A stretch of 47,531 nucleotides of DNA from Eledone cirrhosa (GCA_964016885.1 CAXHJY010000019.1:1-47531); one strand, 5' to 3'. Numbered from the stretch's first letter, positions 15,007-28,060 are shown. Program-made: numbers and translations. The notes: generated by a model not told the origin, from the sequence alone.

Positions 15007-15595
15007 TTGTTTCGACACACGATCTCATATCAAAAACCTCGCAAAACTAATATATATATATTTATACATATATTGGGGGGGGGGGGGGTATATACATATA
15101 AATGAATAATATTAAAAGTTATTGTCTATTGATACAGTTGTGTTTTGTGCAGTTCCCACATTATCAGATTTCAAAACAAGCCAAGCGATTTGATAATTCG
15201 TAAGATTTAACTAATTCCAACTCTAGCTACAAACAGTTTAGTATAGCGTCTTAAATTTGATGGAATTCCCGCTCAGTTTCTCCCTAAAATAACGTCTAAC
15301 GCAAGATATTCGAGAAATACGGAGATGGAGTCGCCTCACCTATCGGCTACCTGGTCGCATTTCCCCATCCCTGGTCGTATTTTACTAAACTTTCTTGTGT
15401 GCTAATTCTACTGATCGACTATAATCACATTTTTCAGCCCGACTTTGGAGCATTTGATTCCAGAATCGGGCTAGATCGATACAGATCGAACCTTGAGCTG
15501 ATCAATAGCGAAACGCGCGTCACTACTCAATAGACGTAATGAAGACATAACAGATCGTCCTTTTTATTAGCATTATATATATATATGTGTGTGTG

Positions 15596-15647
<52 letters not shown>

Positions 15648-16250
15648 CGCGTTCGCGCATGCGCGCGTGTGCATATAAATATATGTAAGAGAAACGTAAA
15701 AAAAAAGGTGGTGGAGGTCAACCAGGAAAGTGTTTTTCTAACAGGTGTGAGAAGGCCATGATGAGGGTGCTTGTTTAGTCGCTGGGGACCCAGCCATGAA
15801 GCAGGTTGTACTGGGGGGATACATGGTACCAGTAAGCAGGCAGAAGACTGAACTGAGCACACCAAGGACTTGCAGTGTAACCTCTTTAATCACTGACCAC
15901 TCGACCATCAAGCAAGGCGTACTGGGGCACATGGTAGCAATAGCAGCCAGAAGACCGAATTTAAAATTAACAAATTCCTCGGTCACTTACTTATGAGTGA
16001 AACTAGTAAATATAAATAAATGAATGACTAAACAAAAGCTATACACACATACACACACATACACACACAAAGCTGCCCACACATACATATGTATATCATT
16101 ATCTACTAATTCTTAATTACACACACGCAATTGCATACAAACATTCTCAAACATACTTATGCATAGAGGTCTTAATTTCACACAAATACGAACACACACA
16201 CACATGTGTATATGGTCATTTGTAATTTCACATACACACACACACACATA

Positions 16251-16291
<41 letters not shown>

Positions 16292-16481
16292 ACACACACA
16301 CACACAGACTCTCACGCACATGCAGACACAGAAATATATCGATTTGGATGTGAATACGTCGAAATAGATATGGTTTAATAAACACACCTCAATCAATAAA
16401 TATTAAATTACATATTCATAGAAACATTACTACAGGTATATAATTGTCTTTGTGTCAAAGATTTAACCGTAATATTGTGGA

Positions 16482-16812
16482 CACACACGCACGCACGCAC
16501 GCACGCACTCACGCACTCACTCACTCACGCACTCACTCACTCACTCACTCACTCACTCACTCACTCACTCACTCACTCACTCACTCACTCACTCACTCAC
16601 TCACGCACGCACGCACGCACGCACGCACTCACTCACTCACTCACTCACTCACTCACTCACTCACTCACTCACTCACTCACTCACTCACTCACTCACTCAC
16701 TCACTCACTCACTCACTCACTCACTCACTCACTCACTCACTCACTCACTCACTCACTCACTCTCTCACACTCTCTCACACTCTCTCACACTCTCTCACTC
16801 TCTCACACACAC
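16482..16812. repeat. (ACTC)n/(ACGC)n tetranucleotide microsatellite
   Basis: Directly visible. Confidence 0.97.
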
Positions 16813-16887
16813 ATTTATATATAAATGTACGTGCTAGAGCGAGAAATATGATTCTAATTATATATATATAAATATAATATAAAGGCT

Positions 16888-16932
16888 GTGCCCCAGCATG
16901 GCCTCAGCCGGATGGCTGGAACAGGTAAAAGA
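16888..16932 (+). mobile_element. Isolated LINE/SINE 3' tail
   Basis: Matches 9333 and 33325. Confidence 0.7.
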
Positions 16933-16970
16933 TTATAAAAGTAATATATATATATATTATATATATACAC

Positions 16971-17905
16971 ATTTTAGTACAGCATTAACGAAGCTTTAGG
17001 CTGCGGCTAAGCTAACGAATGCAAATTCGGAATGGAGCTTTAGCACTCGATAGAGAATAATTGTTTCTACTTATGGCACAAGGCCAGCAATTACCCAGTG
17101 CATTACTGGTACTTTATTTTATCGACCCCGTAAGGATGAAAGGCAAAGTCAACCTCGGCAGGATTTGAACTCAGATCCGAAAGGGACGTAACTATCCTGG
17201 AAAGCATGGCGTCCGACCCTCTACCGATACTGCCAATCCACCGCCTAGCACTCGATAGAGAATAATACTCCAGAGTAACATTGCGTTTAGACAGCTTTGC
17301 AAATCAAATATAGCGATCGGTAGTCCAGCCGCATTGCCATAGCAACGAAAATGGGTAGACTCAGGAAAAGATTTTAGACTGACCTAGCCCATCGCGCGGA
17401 GATGGAATGCAATATATAATGCATATCGTATAGCATACGATATACATCACATATAACTTACAACATCCACGCTAGGTTTCTGTAAATCCGAGATCGACTA
17501 ATTCCGCTTGCAGAGGTCTGCAAGTTAATGGCCTTTGACGACAGAACAAAGGATTTACTTCTTCAACAAGTCTTGCGTTTTTTAACCTCAGCGGGTATGT
17601 TCTGGCAGTAAATTTCGCGATAGACACGTGGTTTTCTCCAAGGGAGGTAACGCCCGTTTTGGCGGGGAATTCGAAATTTGAGACAAAGGAATGAAATTCC
17701 CTTAGACAAATCGAATTAAGCACTCGACCAGAAGTTATCAAACAAACATAAACTATTAATCAATCAATAGAATTGTCTAATTAAATTGATCAGTTAATCG
17801 TTAATTCTAGGAGTTAAAATACAAATTTTAGTACAGCATTAACGAAACTTTAGGCTGCGGCTAAGCTAACGAATGCAAATTCGGAATGTAAATTTAGCAC
17901 TCGAT
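16971..17905 (-). mobile_element. Truncated Penelope-like element bounded by ~80-bp direct repeats
   Basis: TTTTAGTACAGCATTAACGAA...TTTAGCACTCGATA occurs at ~16971 and ~17826. The internal minus frame LRLKNARLVEEVNPLFCRQR resembles the PLE endonuclease C-terminal ExxxIxxxxPxLCxQK motif. Confidence 0.5.
17058..17245 (-). mobile_element. SINE family A with 21-bp TSD
   Basis: TSD TAGCACTCGATAGAGAATAAT at 17041 and 17246. Confidence 0.95.
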
Positions 17906-17907
17906 AT

Positions 17908-17997
<90 letters not shown>

Positions 17998-18164
17998 ATG
18001 AAATTTTATTTCTCACTCTTAGTACGGCTGATACTTTTCTATTTATCGTGTTCGGTACGCCCGGCCGACTAACTCACTCGATGTGCAAATTAGGCTGCTC
18101 ACCCGTTAATATGCATAAGGAAATTATATACTTTCAAACGTTCAATCGACTGACAGGAAGGTAT

Positions 18165-18210
18165 ACGGTACTGATGACAGCTAATAAGCTAGAAACTAGT
18201 TCATAGTTCG
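18165..18210 (+). ncRNA. Hammerhead-like motif (degenerate)
   Basis: CTGATGA-CAGCT-AATA-AGCTA-GAAA-CTAG-TT. Stem I is weak. Confidence 0.45.
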
Positions 18211-18319
18211 TTTGTCAGTGTTGAACAAAAGGACAACGATGGTTGCCGAACACTGTACGGCTTAATTCGGGCTGTTTGTTTACAAACAAACCGAACATTA
18301 TAATAAATGTTCGGTAAAC

Positions 18320-18649
18320 CCATACGTACATATATATATATATGTGTGTGCATGTATGTATATACATACTACTGTACGTCTGTATACATATATGTATGTA
18401 AGTATACATACTTATATGTAAGTATACATACTAATATATTTATATATATATATATATGTTATGTGTGTGTGGAGTGCATGTGTGTATATATGTGTATCTA
18501 TATATTGTCATGAATTTGCGCCTGTGAGCGCATATATACGCATGTGTGTATATATACGTAGTTAAGGATGAGTATATATATGAATTCTTATTCTTCAGGT
18601 GCTTACAGCAGGGGAAAACCAGAAATACACTACCCAGACATTTTATTTA

Positions 18650-18683
<34 letters not shown>

Positions 18684-18742
18684 ATGTGCATATATATATA
18701 TATATGTGTGTGTGTATGTGTGTGTATATATATATATATATA

Positions 18743-18784
<42 letters not shown>

Positions 18785-19007
18785 ATATATATATATGTGT
18801 ATATATATATATATATATGTGTGTGTATATATATATGTGTGTGTATGTGTATATATATATATGTGTGTGTGTGTGTATATATATATATGTGTGTGTGTGT
18901 GTATATATATATATGTGTGTGTGTGTGTATATATATATATGTGTGTGTATATATATATATATGTGTGGTGTGTATATATATATATATGTGTTTATATATA
19001 TATATGG

Positions 19008-19097
<90 letters not shown>

Positions 19098-19341
19098 ATA
19101 TGTGTGTGTGTGTGTGTGTATATATATATGTGTGTATATATATATATGTGTATATATGTGTTTGCGTGTGTATATATATGTTTGTGTTTGCGTGTGTATA
19201 TATATGTGTGTTTGCGTGTGTATATATATGTTTGTGGTGCGTGTGTATATATATGTTTGTGTTTGCGTGTGTATATATATGTGTGTATATGTATGTGTGT
19301 ATGTGTCTGTATATATGTGTATGTGTATGTGTGTATATATG

Positions 19342-19381
<40 letters not shown>

Positions 19382-19407
19382 CACACATATACATACAGGA
19401 GTTTGTA

Positions 19408-19475
<68 letters not shown>

Positions 19476-19482
19476 GACATAC

Positions 19483-19535
<53 letters not shown>

Positions 19536-19670
19536 CAAATACACACACAGACACATACCCATACATAAGTTTGTGTGTGTGTACATTGTATATAGACGTA
19601 TGTGTATACATACATATATATATATATATATATACACATATATATATATATATATATATATACTCTATAT
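18320..19670. repeat. Compound (TA)n/(TG)n microsatellite
   Basis: Directly visible. Confidence 0.95.
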
Positions 19671-20011
19671 ACAACTACTCGTAATTTTCCGTCTGTCTGT
19701 GCGCACCCACATAGTGGAACCAGTGTATATTTATTAATCTAATGTTAGCTGAATACAACTAATCTGATTATCTATACAGCTAGGCAGTCAGAAAAGTTCA
19801 GTATAATCTATTGGGATTAGCTAGCGGGGAAACAACATATATGATCAACTGTAAGACGGGTGCTTGAGAGACCGGTGTCTGTGACTCTACTAAATGTTAG
19901 TGAATACACATCGAAGTGTCTTGTTAACCACAGTGCACTCCTGGACTATATGCTACTAGTTTTCAATTGTTATTTGAACAATACCGTACATTCTAGAAAG
20001 TTATTATTTCT

Positions 20012-20197
20012 GTGGATTGGCAGTATCGGTAGAGGGTCGGACGCCATGCTTTCCAGCATAGTTACGTCCCTTTATGATCTGAGTTCAAATCCCGCCGAGG
20101 TTGACTTTGCCTTTCATCCTTACGGGGTCGATAAAATAAAGTACCAGTAATGCACTGGGTAATTTGCTGGCCTTGTGCCTAAAGTAGAAACAATTAT
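20012..20197 (+). mobile_element. SINE family A
   Basis: Full head, core and tail. Confidence 0.93.
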
Positions 20198-20231
20198 TTC
20201 TATCTTTGCTGGTGCATTATTTCTATCAACT

Positions 20232-20417
20232 GGTGAATTGGTAGTATCGGTAGAGGGTCGGACGCCATGCTTTCCAGCGTAGTTACGTCCCTTTACACTC
20301 TGAGTTCAAATCCCGCCGTGGTTGACTTTGCCTTTCATCCTTACGGGGTCGATAAAGATAAAGTACCAGCGATGCACTGGGTAATTGCTGGCCTTGTGCC
20401 CAAAGTAGAAATAATTG
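20232..20417 (+). mobile_element. SINE family A
   Basis: Full head, core and tail. Confidence 0.93.
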
Positions 20418-20590
20418 TTTCTACTTTAGGCACAAGGCCAGCAATTACCCAGTGCATTACTGGTACTTTATTTTATCGACCCCGTAAGGATGAATGGCAA
20501 AGTCAACCTCGGCGGGATTTGAACTCAGATCGTAAAGGGACGTAACTATGTTGGAAAGCATGGCGTCCGACCCTCTACTGATACTGCCAA
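20412..20590 (-). mobile_element. SINE family A inserted antisense into the tail of the previous copy
   Basis: TSD-like GCC(C/T)AAAGTAGAAATAATT at ~20398 and ~20591. Confidence 0.9.
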
Positions 20591-20613
20591 GCCTAAAGTA
20601 GAAATAATTATTA

Positions 20614-20750
20614 ATAATTGTTTCTGCTTTTGGAACAAGGCCAGCAAATAACCCCAGTGCATTACTGGTACTTTATTTTATCGACCCCGTAAGGATGAAA
20701 GGCAAAGGTAATCTCAGCAGGATTCGAACACAGAACGTAAAGGGCCGTAA
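20614..20750 (-). mobile_element. SINE family A (5'-truncated)
   Basis: Tail, core and B box on the minus strand. Confidence 0.88.
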
Positions 20751-20760
20751 CCTCTCTCTC

Positions 20761-20812
<52 letters not shown>

Positions 20813-20944
20813 AGGAAAGCGTTATTTAATTTGTTGGTTATTCAACAAATTTATTTATAACAGATTCGAAGCACTCTATAGTTTTCTTTTGGAGTATAAT
20901 ATCAATAATATTAATAAATGGAAACTATCTTTATAAAACATATT

Positions 20945-21004
20945 TACTTTATTATATATATTTCAAGTTACCGAAGTTTTGTTATGCACTCATCAGATAA
21001 AATA
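20945..21004 (-). ncRNA. Hammerhead ribozyme, pLTR family H1 (stem II decayed)
   Basis: Minus strand: TATTTTAT-CTGATGA-...-GAAA-TATATA-TA-ATAAAGTA. Flanks are homologous to 26063 and 33641. Confidence 0.7.
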
Positions 21005-21302
21005 CAAAAGTTGTTTTATAAATAGTGACATATCCAAAAATTAGAACTTATCGTTTTATGTTCTGTTAGAATAGTTCAAACAGAACTTAAAACGATAAGT
21101 TCTCATATCGATGACTGAGGCGATAATGACGCTGTTTAACCCTGAGTGAAATCTCTCCTAATCTCACCTGACTTATCATCAAAGTCGTTCAAAGCTGTGA
21201 CTCTCCTCTGTTTGTCTTCATCACTTTTGTTTTTTTTTAATGACTGTGGTTGAGTAATAACGTAATCTGAGTATAATGGACTTGGACATCAACATCAGCA
21301 CT

Positions 21303-21408
21303 ACTACCATAATCAGTAGTAGTAGTAGTAGTAGCAGTATTAGTAGCAGTATTACTAGCAGTATTAGTAGTGGCGTTAGTAGTAGTAGTAGTAGTAGCAG
21401 CAGCAGTT
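21303..21408. repeat. (AGT/AGC)n trinucleotide repeat
   Basis: Directly visible. Confidence 0.9.
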
Positions 21409-22065
21409 GATGTCGTCCCAAGCATGTCATATATCTGCAATGCCGAGTTATCGAGAATGTACAGATTGCAATTCGTTTATCATTCACATTTTATTTTTGT
21501 TGTTTCATGATCAGTGAAAACGATATCTTTAATCTGAGACTTCTAATTCCAAAAAATTATTCTGTGCATAAACACGTGCTTAAATTAGAATACTAATGAA
21601 CATAGATTCGATAAATCTTCAACTGGAAGATGGCAATTGAGAGATATCTATAACACAACATCATCAATTTGACATCCAGTAATAACTACTTCGCTTATTC
21701 CTGGTGCTTGATTAGCAAACACCCGGAAAATGATTTAATAGACCAATAGTGATAAGTCGATATCACATGATCAATATATTGAATATTCATTGGTGTACAG
21801 CAGTAATCAATTCAAAACCACGATTCGGAAGAGATTGGGAGATAGGAATTTATCATTCAGGGAATACCTTCTGGTCATTTAAGTGATGATAGAATAAAAC
21901 CACTGAAACCATAAATATGAACAGAATGGTTAATTTCGTTATTTTAAATATATTTATATTACGACATAGTTAATATTTATACGCCGATACGAGGGTCTCA
22001 TTCTGATATCAGCAAATAAAATCTACATCGAACTAATAACTACCCGTCTGCCTTATTTTCGATCA

Positions 22066-22410
22066 TACGAGGGTCGGCTGTGATATTGCTAAACTGAAGA
22101 GTTCATAAGATGATTGCAGTACTTTCAGGATTGATGCTAGAGCTGTGAAATATTGCATGCATCAATTTCAACTCTTCTTATTAATAATGACAGTGTCTCC
22201 TTCGAGGGACTATGTTAAAAAATAAACCTCACTTTGTCATTTCATGAGAGTATCTTGGTCAGCCTTATGAAGGAGTGATGCTAGAGTCGTGAAATCTTTC
22301 AGGCATTCATTTCAGCCCTTCTTAATAATAATGACATTGTTTCCTTACAGGGACTGTTGAAAAATAAACTTCATTTTGTCATTCAATTATATTAGCTCGG
22401 TCAGCCTATG
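22066..22410. mobile_element. Possible mariner-type MITE remnant with an internal ~145-bp tandem duplication
   Basis: Starts TACGAGGG. TGATGCTAGAG...GGTCAGCCT occurs twice (~22132 and ~22277). Confidence 0.45.
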
Positions 22411-22454
22411 GACATTTCAGCCGAAATCATGTTGTCTCCTACCCTAACATGTGG

Positions 22455-22735
22455 ATGTATGTGACCTAGTGGCTAGGGTGTTGGACTTACGATCATAATA
22501 TCGTGGGTTCGATTCCTGGGTTGCGTGTTGTGTTCTTGAGCAAAACACTTCATTTCACGTTGCTCCACTATACTCAGCTGAAAATGAGTACCAGCAATAG
22601 CTGCGGGTTTAACCCTGCGATGGACTGGCGTCCTGTCCAAGGGGAAGTCTTCTACTTTCAGTCGCTTCAAGCTGTGTAACCTGGATAAGCACCGGCCAAA
22701 TGAGCCTTCTAGCTTAAGACAGACTTCAGACTTTT
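22455..22735 (+). mobile_element. tRNA-derived SINE family B (CORE-like plus V-domain-like)
   Basis: A box GTGACCTAGTGG, B box GGTTCGATTCC, CORE-like TGTGTTCTTGAGCAAAACACTT...AAATGAGTACC, V-like CCCTGCGATGGACTGGCGTCCTGTCCA, and a short (CAGACTT)n tail. Confidence 0.8.
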
Positions 22736-23631
22736 AGACGCTAACCACTCATGATCATTTTCACTAATAATGGTTCTGCAGTGGACAGTCTTTCAGTCTA
22801 TTACATTTTCAATTATGATATACAAAGTGCAGCTTCATTGCGAGTTCATTGGTATTCCATTTAGGATTAGAGATCTCCCCATTAGTTAATTAAAATTAAT
22901 TACAGAAGAAATCCACCATAAAAATGACGCACGATGTATCAGCTTCCACCTGTTACTTATTATGCACTTCTTGTATTGCTTAAGATTTATAATTAATACC
23001 CTCAGTGCAAATTTTAATTTCATAATTTTAGCATGTATCCTTTACGCTTACACCCATTCAATTTAGTATAATTTACAATATTAGTTTAAAATAAGAGCTA
23101 TAAGATAGTTTAGATACTAATAGTCGTGTCTCGCATATTGATGGATGCACAATAGCGGAACTAAATAATCTGATATGATAGCAGTGAGCAATAATAGAAA
23201 TATATGGAATGAACATCCAGAAATCTCGGTTCCAACCGAACATGTGTAATGAAACCTTTCGACATATATAAACATGTTTACATGACAATTATTCATGCAT
23301 TAGTTCAAGCGTTCCCAATATTTTCATATAATAGAGTAGCATAGACGTCCAATATGAATATTATCAGTTCTTACACCACTGGTAGCTAATTCAATTATAT
23401 TGTATGCTGTGCAATTAATATCTGAAATATATATAAAATGGTGTGTATAGATACGATGCAAATTTTAGCCAATACTACGTTATAAACATGTAAGTATGTG
23501 AGATATTTGCTATTGTTATTGTAGAGTGTAAAAATAAAATCAAATGCAAAATAGAATCACAAGTAAGGTTGCACTACAATATATGGTCTGCAAATTGTCA
23601 CAAAGTTTAGAACGTCAAACAAACTGTTATG

Positions 23632-23845
23632 CGTGGTCACCAAACAAAGAGTTATGTGGTCGTTAAAGAGCTCTATGGATGGCAAACAAAGAGCTCTGTG
23701 GTCACCAAACATAGAGCTCTGTGGTCGCCAAACAAACGGCTTTGTGGTATGCGTTGCGGACCCTACATTTCTCGGTTCAAATCCCGTCGAGGTCAACTTT
23801 GCTTTTCGAGATTGGAAAAGAAATGGTAGCAGTCAAGTACTGGGA
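23632..23845 (+). mobile_element. Degenerate SINE A preceded by a ~23-bp tandem repeat
   Basis: GTGGTCACCAAACA(A/T)AGAGCTCT-like unit about 4-5 times, then GGTTCAAATCCCGTCGAGGTCAACTTTGC. Confidence 0.6.
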
Positions 23846-24182
23846 ACATTTTTTCGCCTTATATCTTTCTAACTGTCTCTCTATCTCTCTCTGTCTCCAG
23901 ATCTGCAGATAGATTGGGCTCCGTCATGTTTATCGTGTCCAAGATACGGTGTATATCACGACGACACCCACACGAATTACGGGTCCATACATATATACAC
24001 ACGCACGCACACACGCACACCATATATATATATAAAAAGAGGGTGTGGTAAGATACCAGATGGACCATAACACACCAGAGTACTCGATATGGGTAATATG
24101 AAAATATTCAGGACCACTTGTGACTTAGTTCGGATCCAGCTGTCGAAACGACCACACCTGAGCCGTAGGGGTCCTGCAATAT

Positions 24183-24226
<44 letters not shown>

Positions 24227-24416
24227 TAACACATTAAAGTTTAAGCAAAGAATCGCTGCTTTCACCCTTAACGGGATCTTTTGAAACTTGAGCTAAAATC
24301 TGTTATTTTAATAAATATTTGGTCTGCGGTTTCTATATATTTTTATATATATATTATCCTTATCGAGCCCTCTTCTGATTTTAGTCTTATTATTATTTAG
24401 TCTTTATTATTATTAC

Positions 24417-24610
24417 TGGCGGTGGGTTGGCAGTATCAGTAGAGGGTTGGACGCCATGCTTTGACGCAAAGAGTTACGTCCCTTTATGATCTTAGTTCAA
24501 ATCCCGCCGAGGTTAACTTTGCCTTTCATCCTTACGGGGTCGATAAAATAAAGTACCAGTAATGTACTGGGAAATTGCTGGCCTTGTGCCTAAAGTAGAA
24601 ACAATTATTA
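24417..24610 (+). mobile_element. SINE family A
   Basis: Full copy. Confidence 0.93.
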
Positions 24611-24634
24611 TTACTGGCGGTGAATTGGCAGTCA

Positions 24635-24828
24635 GGGCGGTGAATTGGCAGGATCGGTAGAGGGTTGGACGCCATGCTTTCTAGCATAGTTACGTCCCTT
24701 TTCAGTCTGAGTTCAAATCCCGCCGAGGTTAACTTTGCCTTTCATCCTTACGGGGTCGATAAAATAAAGTACCAGTAATGTACTGGTGAATTGCTGGCCT
24801 TGTGCCTAAAGTAGAAACAATTATTATT
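24635..24828 (+). mobile_element. SINE family A (tandem, duplicated head)
   Basis: Full copy. GGCGGTGAATTGGCAG is repeated at its 5' end. Confidence 0.93.
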
Positions 24829-24860
24829 ACTATATATATATATTAATTACTGCGTAAGTT

Positions 24861-25075
24861 TAGGTTAATCAAAGTGCTACTGGTAGTCCTATAAGAAACT
24901 AAAGTCAGCTCTACTAATGTAAATTTTAAAAATTCATAACAAAAATTCAAGTGTAATATAGTCTCTATATATTACCTTTAGCTTTAAGTTACTGCTCCTA
25001 ATTAAATTTTAATTATATTAGTAGAGCTGACTTTATGTTCTAATAGTGGCTACCTGTAGTACTTTTATTAACCTA
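24861..25075. repeat. Old imperfect inverted repeat
   Basis: TAGGTTAAT...TAAAGTCAGCTCTACTAAT pairs with ATTAGTAGAGCTGACTTTA...ATTAACCTA. Confidence 0.8.
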
Positions 25076-25916
25076 TACTTTTCTCAGACAATATGCTGAA
25101 TTACTTTACGTATTAATCAATGTTTTAATACATATATTTCTGCTCCTAACAGTAAATCTTAGTACTGCTGCTTCTTTGCATATCAAACGCACTACTATTT
25201 CTAGCATACCCATTGGCCTGTCTGTTTCTCATATTTAGTGTTCCTCATTATGGGCGTTCAAAACTTATTTTGAAGCTATGGTGATGAGTCGTGTGTATTG
25301 CGTTTTGTAAGTAGAAATTCTACTAATAATTGAGTGATTCATCTGTTGGTTCCAGCCATTTCTATTTTCACTCATGAAACAGCGCTGTATAGAATACTGA
25401 AATCTCAGAATTTTACCAAGTTTTTTTTTTTTGAAAATAATCGAAATTTTACCATGTATGTAGTTTCTTTGACTTGCTACCCGATTTTTCTTTAGCGATG
25501 AAACTATAAATATATATATATCTTAATCGATGGTAAGAATTGATTTTATAACAATATTTCCCTCAGAACTTCTGATACCATAGCACCGGTATAATCGTAA
25601 AAATACCCATAATATAGATACATTTCTCCAGACAATATCTTACCATTGAATTTATATATATATGCTCCAGTCTCCTTCTCAGCAAGAAAGATGGGGAAAA
25701 AAACTTACCTCAATACTTAATTTTAAATCTTTAATTTTTAGTTTTTAATTCTTATTAATTGCAACACTCAACATTTGATAAGATAAATTTTAATAATACA
25801 TCGAAACCGGTAATACAATATATACATTATATACATTATAAAACTCTTTTTTTCAATAATTTGACGAATCGGAGAAAGAGAAAAAGAGACTCTAAAATAT
25901 ATTTTCTGTGCTATTT

Positions 25917-26048
<132 letters not shown>

Positions 26049-26090
26049 ATGATATTAAATAAATGGAAACTATATTTATAAAACCATATT

Positions 26091-26151
26091 TATTCTATTA
26101 TATATATTTCAAGGGTACCAACATTTTGGTACGCTATCGTCAGATAAAATA
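26091..26151 (-). ncRNA. Hammerhead ribozyme, pLTR family H1
   Basis: Minus strand: TATTTTAT-CTGACGA-TAGCGTACCAA aatg TTGGTACCCTT-GAAA-TATATA-TA-ATAGAATA. Confidence 0.8.
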
Positions 26152-26353
26152 CGAAGTGTGTTTTATAAATGTTGACATAACCAAGGAGAATATACCTTAC
26201 CGGTTCAAGTTATCCCTGGATAGTATATATATATATATAAAACAAAGGAATTGTGGTAAGGAACCAGATGGACTATAACGCACCAGAGTACTCAATACTT
26301 AGGGTAGCAGAGCTCTGCCGTCGGGGTCTTACTTTTTCCTATATATATATATA

Positions 26354-26390
<37 letters not shown>

Positions 26391-26391
26391 G

Positions 26392-26463
26392 GAAAAATTT
26401 GAACAGGGACAAAACAGAGAGGCAGTACAACGAATGTTTATTAATTTCACGCTCTGGGGAGAA

Positions 26464-26465
<2 letters not shown>
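26392..26465 (-). mobile_element. Penelope-like pLTR 3' tail with AATAAA, between TA tracts
   Basis: Reverse complement matches 45975-46040 (GAGCGTGAA..TTAATAAACA..GCCTCTCTGTT(C/T)TGTCCCTGTTC). Confidence 0.7.
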
Positions 26466-26516
<51 letters not shown>

Positions 26517-26629
26517 TGATGACGTCATTACCTGAAGTAAGAAATGGACGCAAATACTATTTCACTTTACGTCTAATATAGACACACATATATCTACTTG
26601 TATGAATGTATTTATGTATGTGTGTATGT

Positions 26630-26681
<52 letters not shown>

Positions 26682-27468
26682 GTGTGTGTGTATGTATGCA
26701 TTTACCTATATATATATATATATATGTATATGTATGTCTGTCTATCTCTTTATCTTCAAGGCATATCACCCTCTCTATCAACTTCTCTAAACAAAGATAT
26801 AGAATGTGATGGTGAATCAAATTCTGTGTGCATGTGAATGTATATGTGTGTGTGTGTGTATATATGTGGACGTATATTTGCGTGTGCATGTGTGTGTATA
26901 TATGTATGAATTCGTTTGTCTGCGTGTGTACACGTGTATTTCTATGTTTGTGTGTATGTGTGTATCTATATGTGTGTATGTATTTGTGTATGTGCCTGTA
27001 TTTGTCTGTGCGTATGTATGTGTGTGTGTGTGTGTGTATGAGATTGTAGTTGTGTGTGTGATTGTGTATGTCTGTTATGTACAGTACAGGAAAAGTTTTA
27101 CTTCCACGTCAAACATTATCTCAAGGGGTTTGTTTTAATCATATATAAACGTGTATGTAACACAACTGCCAATATTGCCTGGGAATTTCAACTTTACCAT
27201 CATTTGATATATGCTATATCATATGATATACACTTCACGTTGAATTCTCCACCAAATTCATTATTGTTCTCCTCCCAAAAGGATTTATATATATTTGCTT
27301 TGCCAGAAAATTCTGGAGATGGGTGAACTTGATTAAATCAACTCCTCTGATTTACTAGTTCATTATTGTCGGGATTTGAACTCGGGATGTAATGAGCTAA
27401 CTCCTAGATGTTTCCTTGTTAAATCACGTATAAGTTTAAGCCTAGGATTATTATTTCTACAGTAACAG

Positions 27469-27665
27469 GGCGGTGGATTGGCAGTATCAGTAAAGGATCA
27501 TGCTTTGCAGCATATAGTTACGGTCCTTTGTGGTCTGAGTTCGAATCCAGCCGAGGTTGACTTTGCCTTTCATCCTTACGGGGTCGATAAAATAAAGTAC
27601 CAGTAATGCACTGGGTAATTGCTGGCCTTGTGCCTAAAGTAGAAACAATTATTATTATTATTATT
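27469..27665 (+). mobile_element. SINE family A with (ATT)n tail
   Basis: Head, core and tail. Confidence 0.9.
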
Positions 27666-27871
27666 CTTTGAGTCTCAGTCATTGTTTTATTTAATTGGAA
27701 ATTTTGCTCAAATGAACATCAAGCCGCTACCTAGAGCCACAGATATTCAAGATATATAGCAGGGTTCCTATAAAGCACCAATCATGTTCTGTTGTCGATT
27801 TAATCGACTTTCCTCCACCCGTATTACTGTCCTTGTGCCTAAACTGGAAATCATTATTTGTACAGTAAGAG

Positions 27872-28060
27872 CAGTGGATTGGCAGTATCGGTAGAGGGTC
27901 GGGCGCCATGCTTTGCAGCAAAGAGTTACGGCCCTTTATTGGCTGAGTTCAAATCCAGCCGAGGTTAACTTTGCCCTTCATCCTTACGGGTTCGATAAAA
28001 TAAAGCACCAGTAATACACTGGGGTATTTGTTGGCCTTGTGCCAAATATAGAAACAATTA
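27872..28060 (+). mobile_element. SINE family A with 19-bp TSD
   Basis: ATTATTTGTACAGTAAGAG at ~27853 and ~28057. An older partial copy follows at 28075-28200. Confidence 0.9.

Noticed and set aside
15700-15990. GC-richer island with short ORFs on both strands
   Set aside because: No recognisable protein motif. It is probably a TE fragment, but I cannot assign it from the sequence alone.
16444-16837. THSL-repeat ORFs
   Set aside because: Translation of the (ACTC)n microsatellite.
20012-20100. tRNA gene
   Set aside because: The A/B boxes belong to a SINE head. There is no cloverleaf, and the sequence continues into the SINE core.
26517-26560. CTGATGA-CGTC..GACG-CAAA as an active hammerhead
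   Set aside because: GAAA is mutated and stem I is absent. At most a relic, so it is not annotated as a feature.
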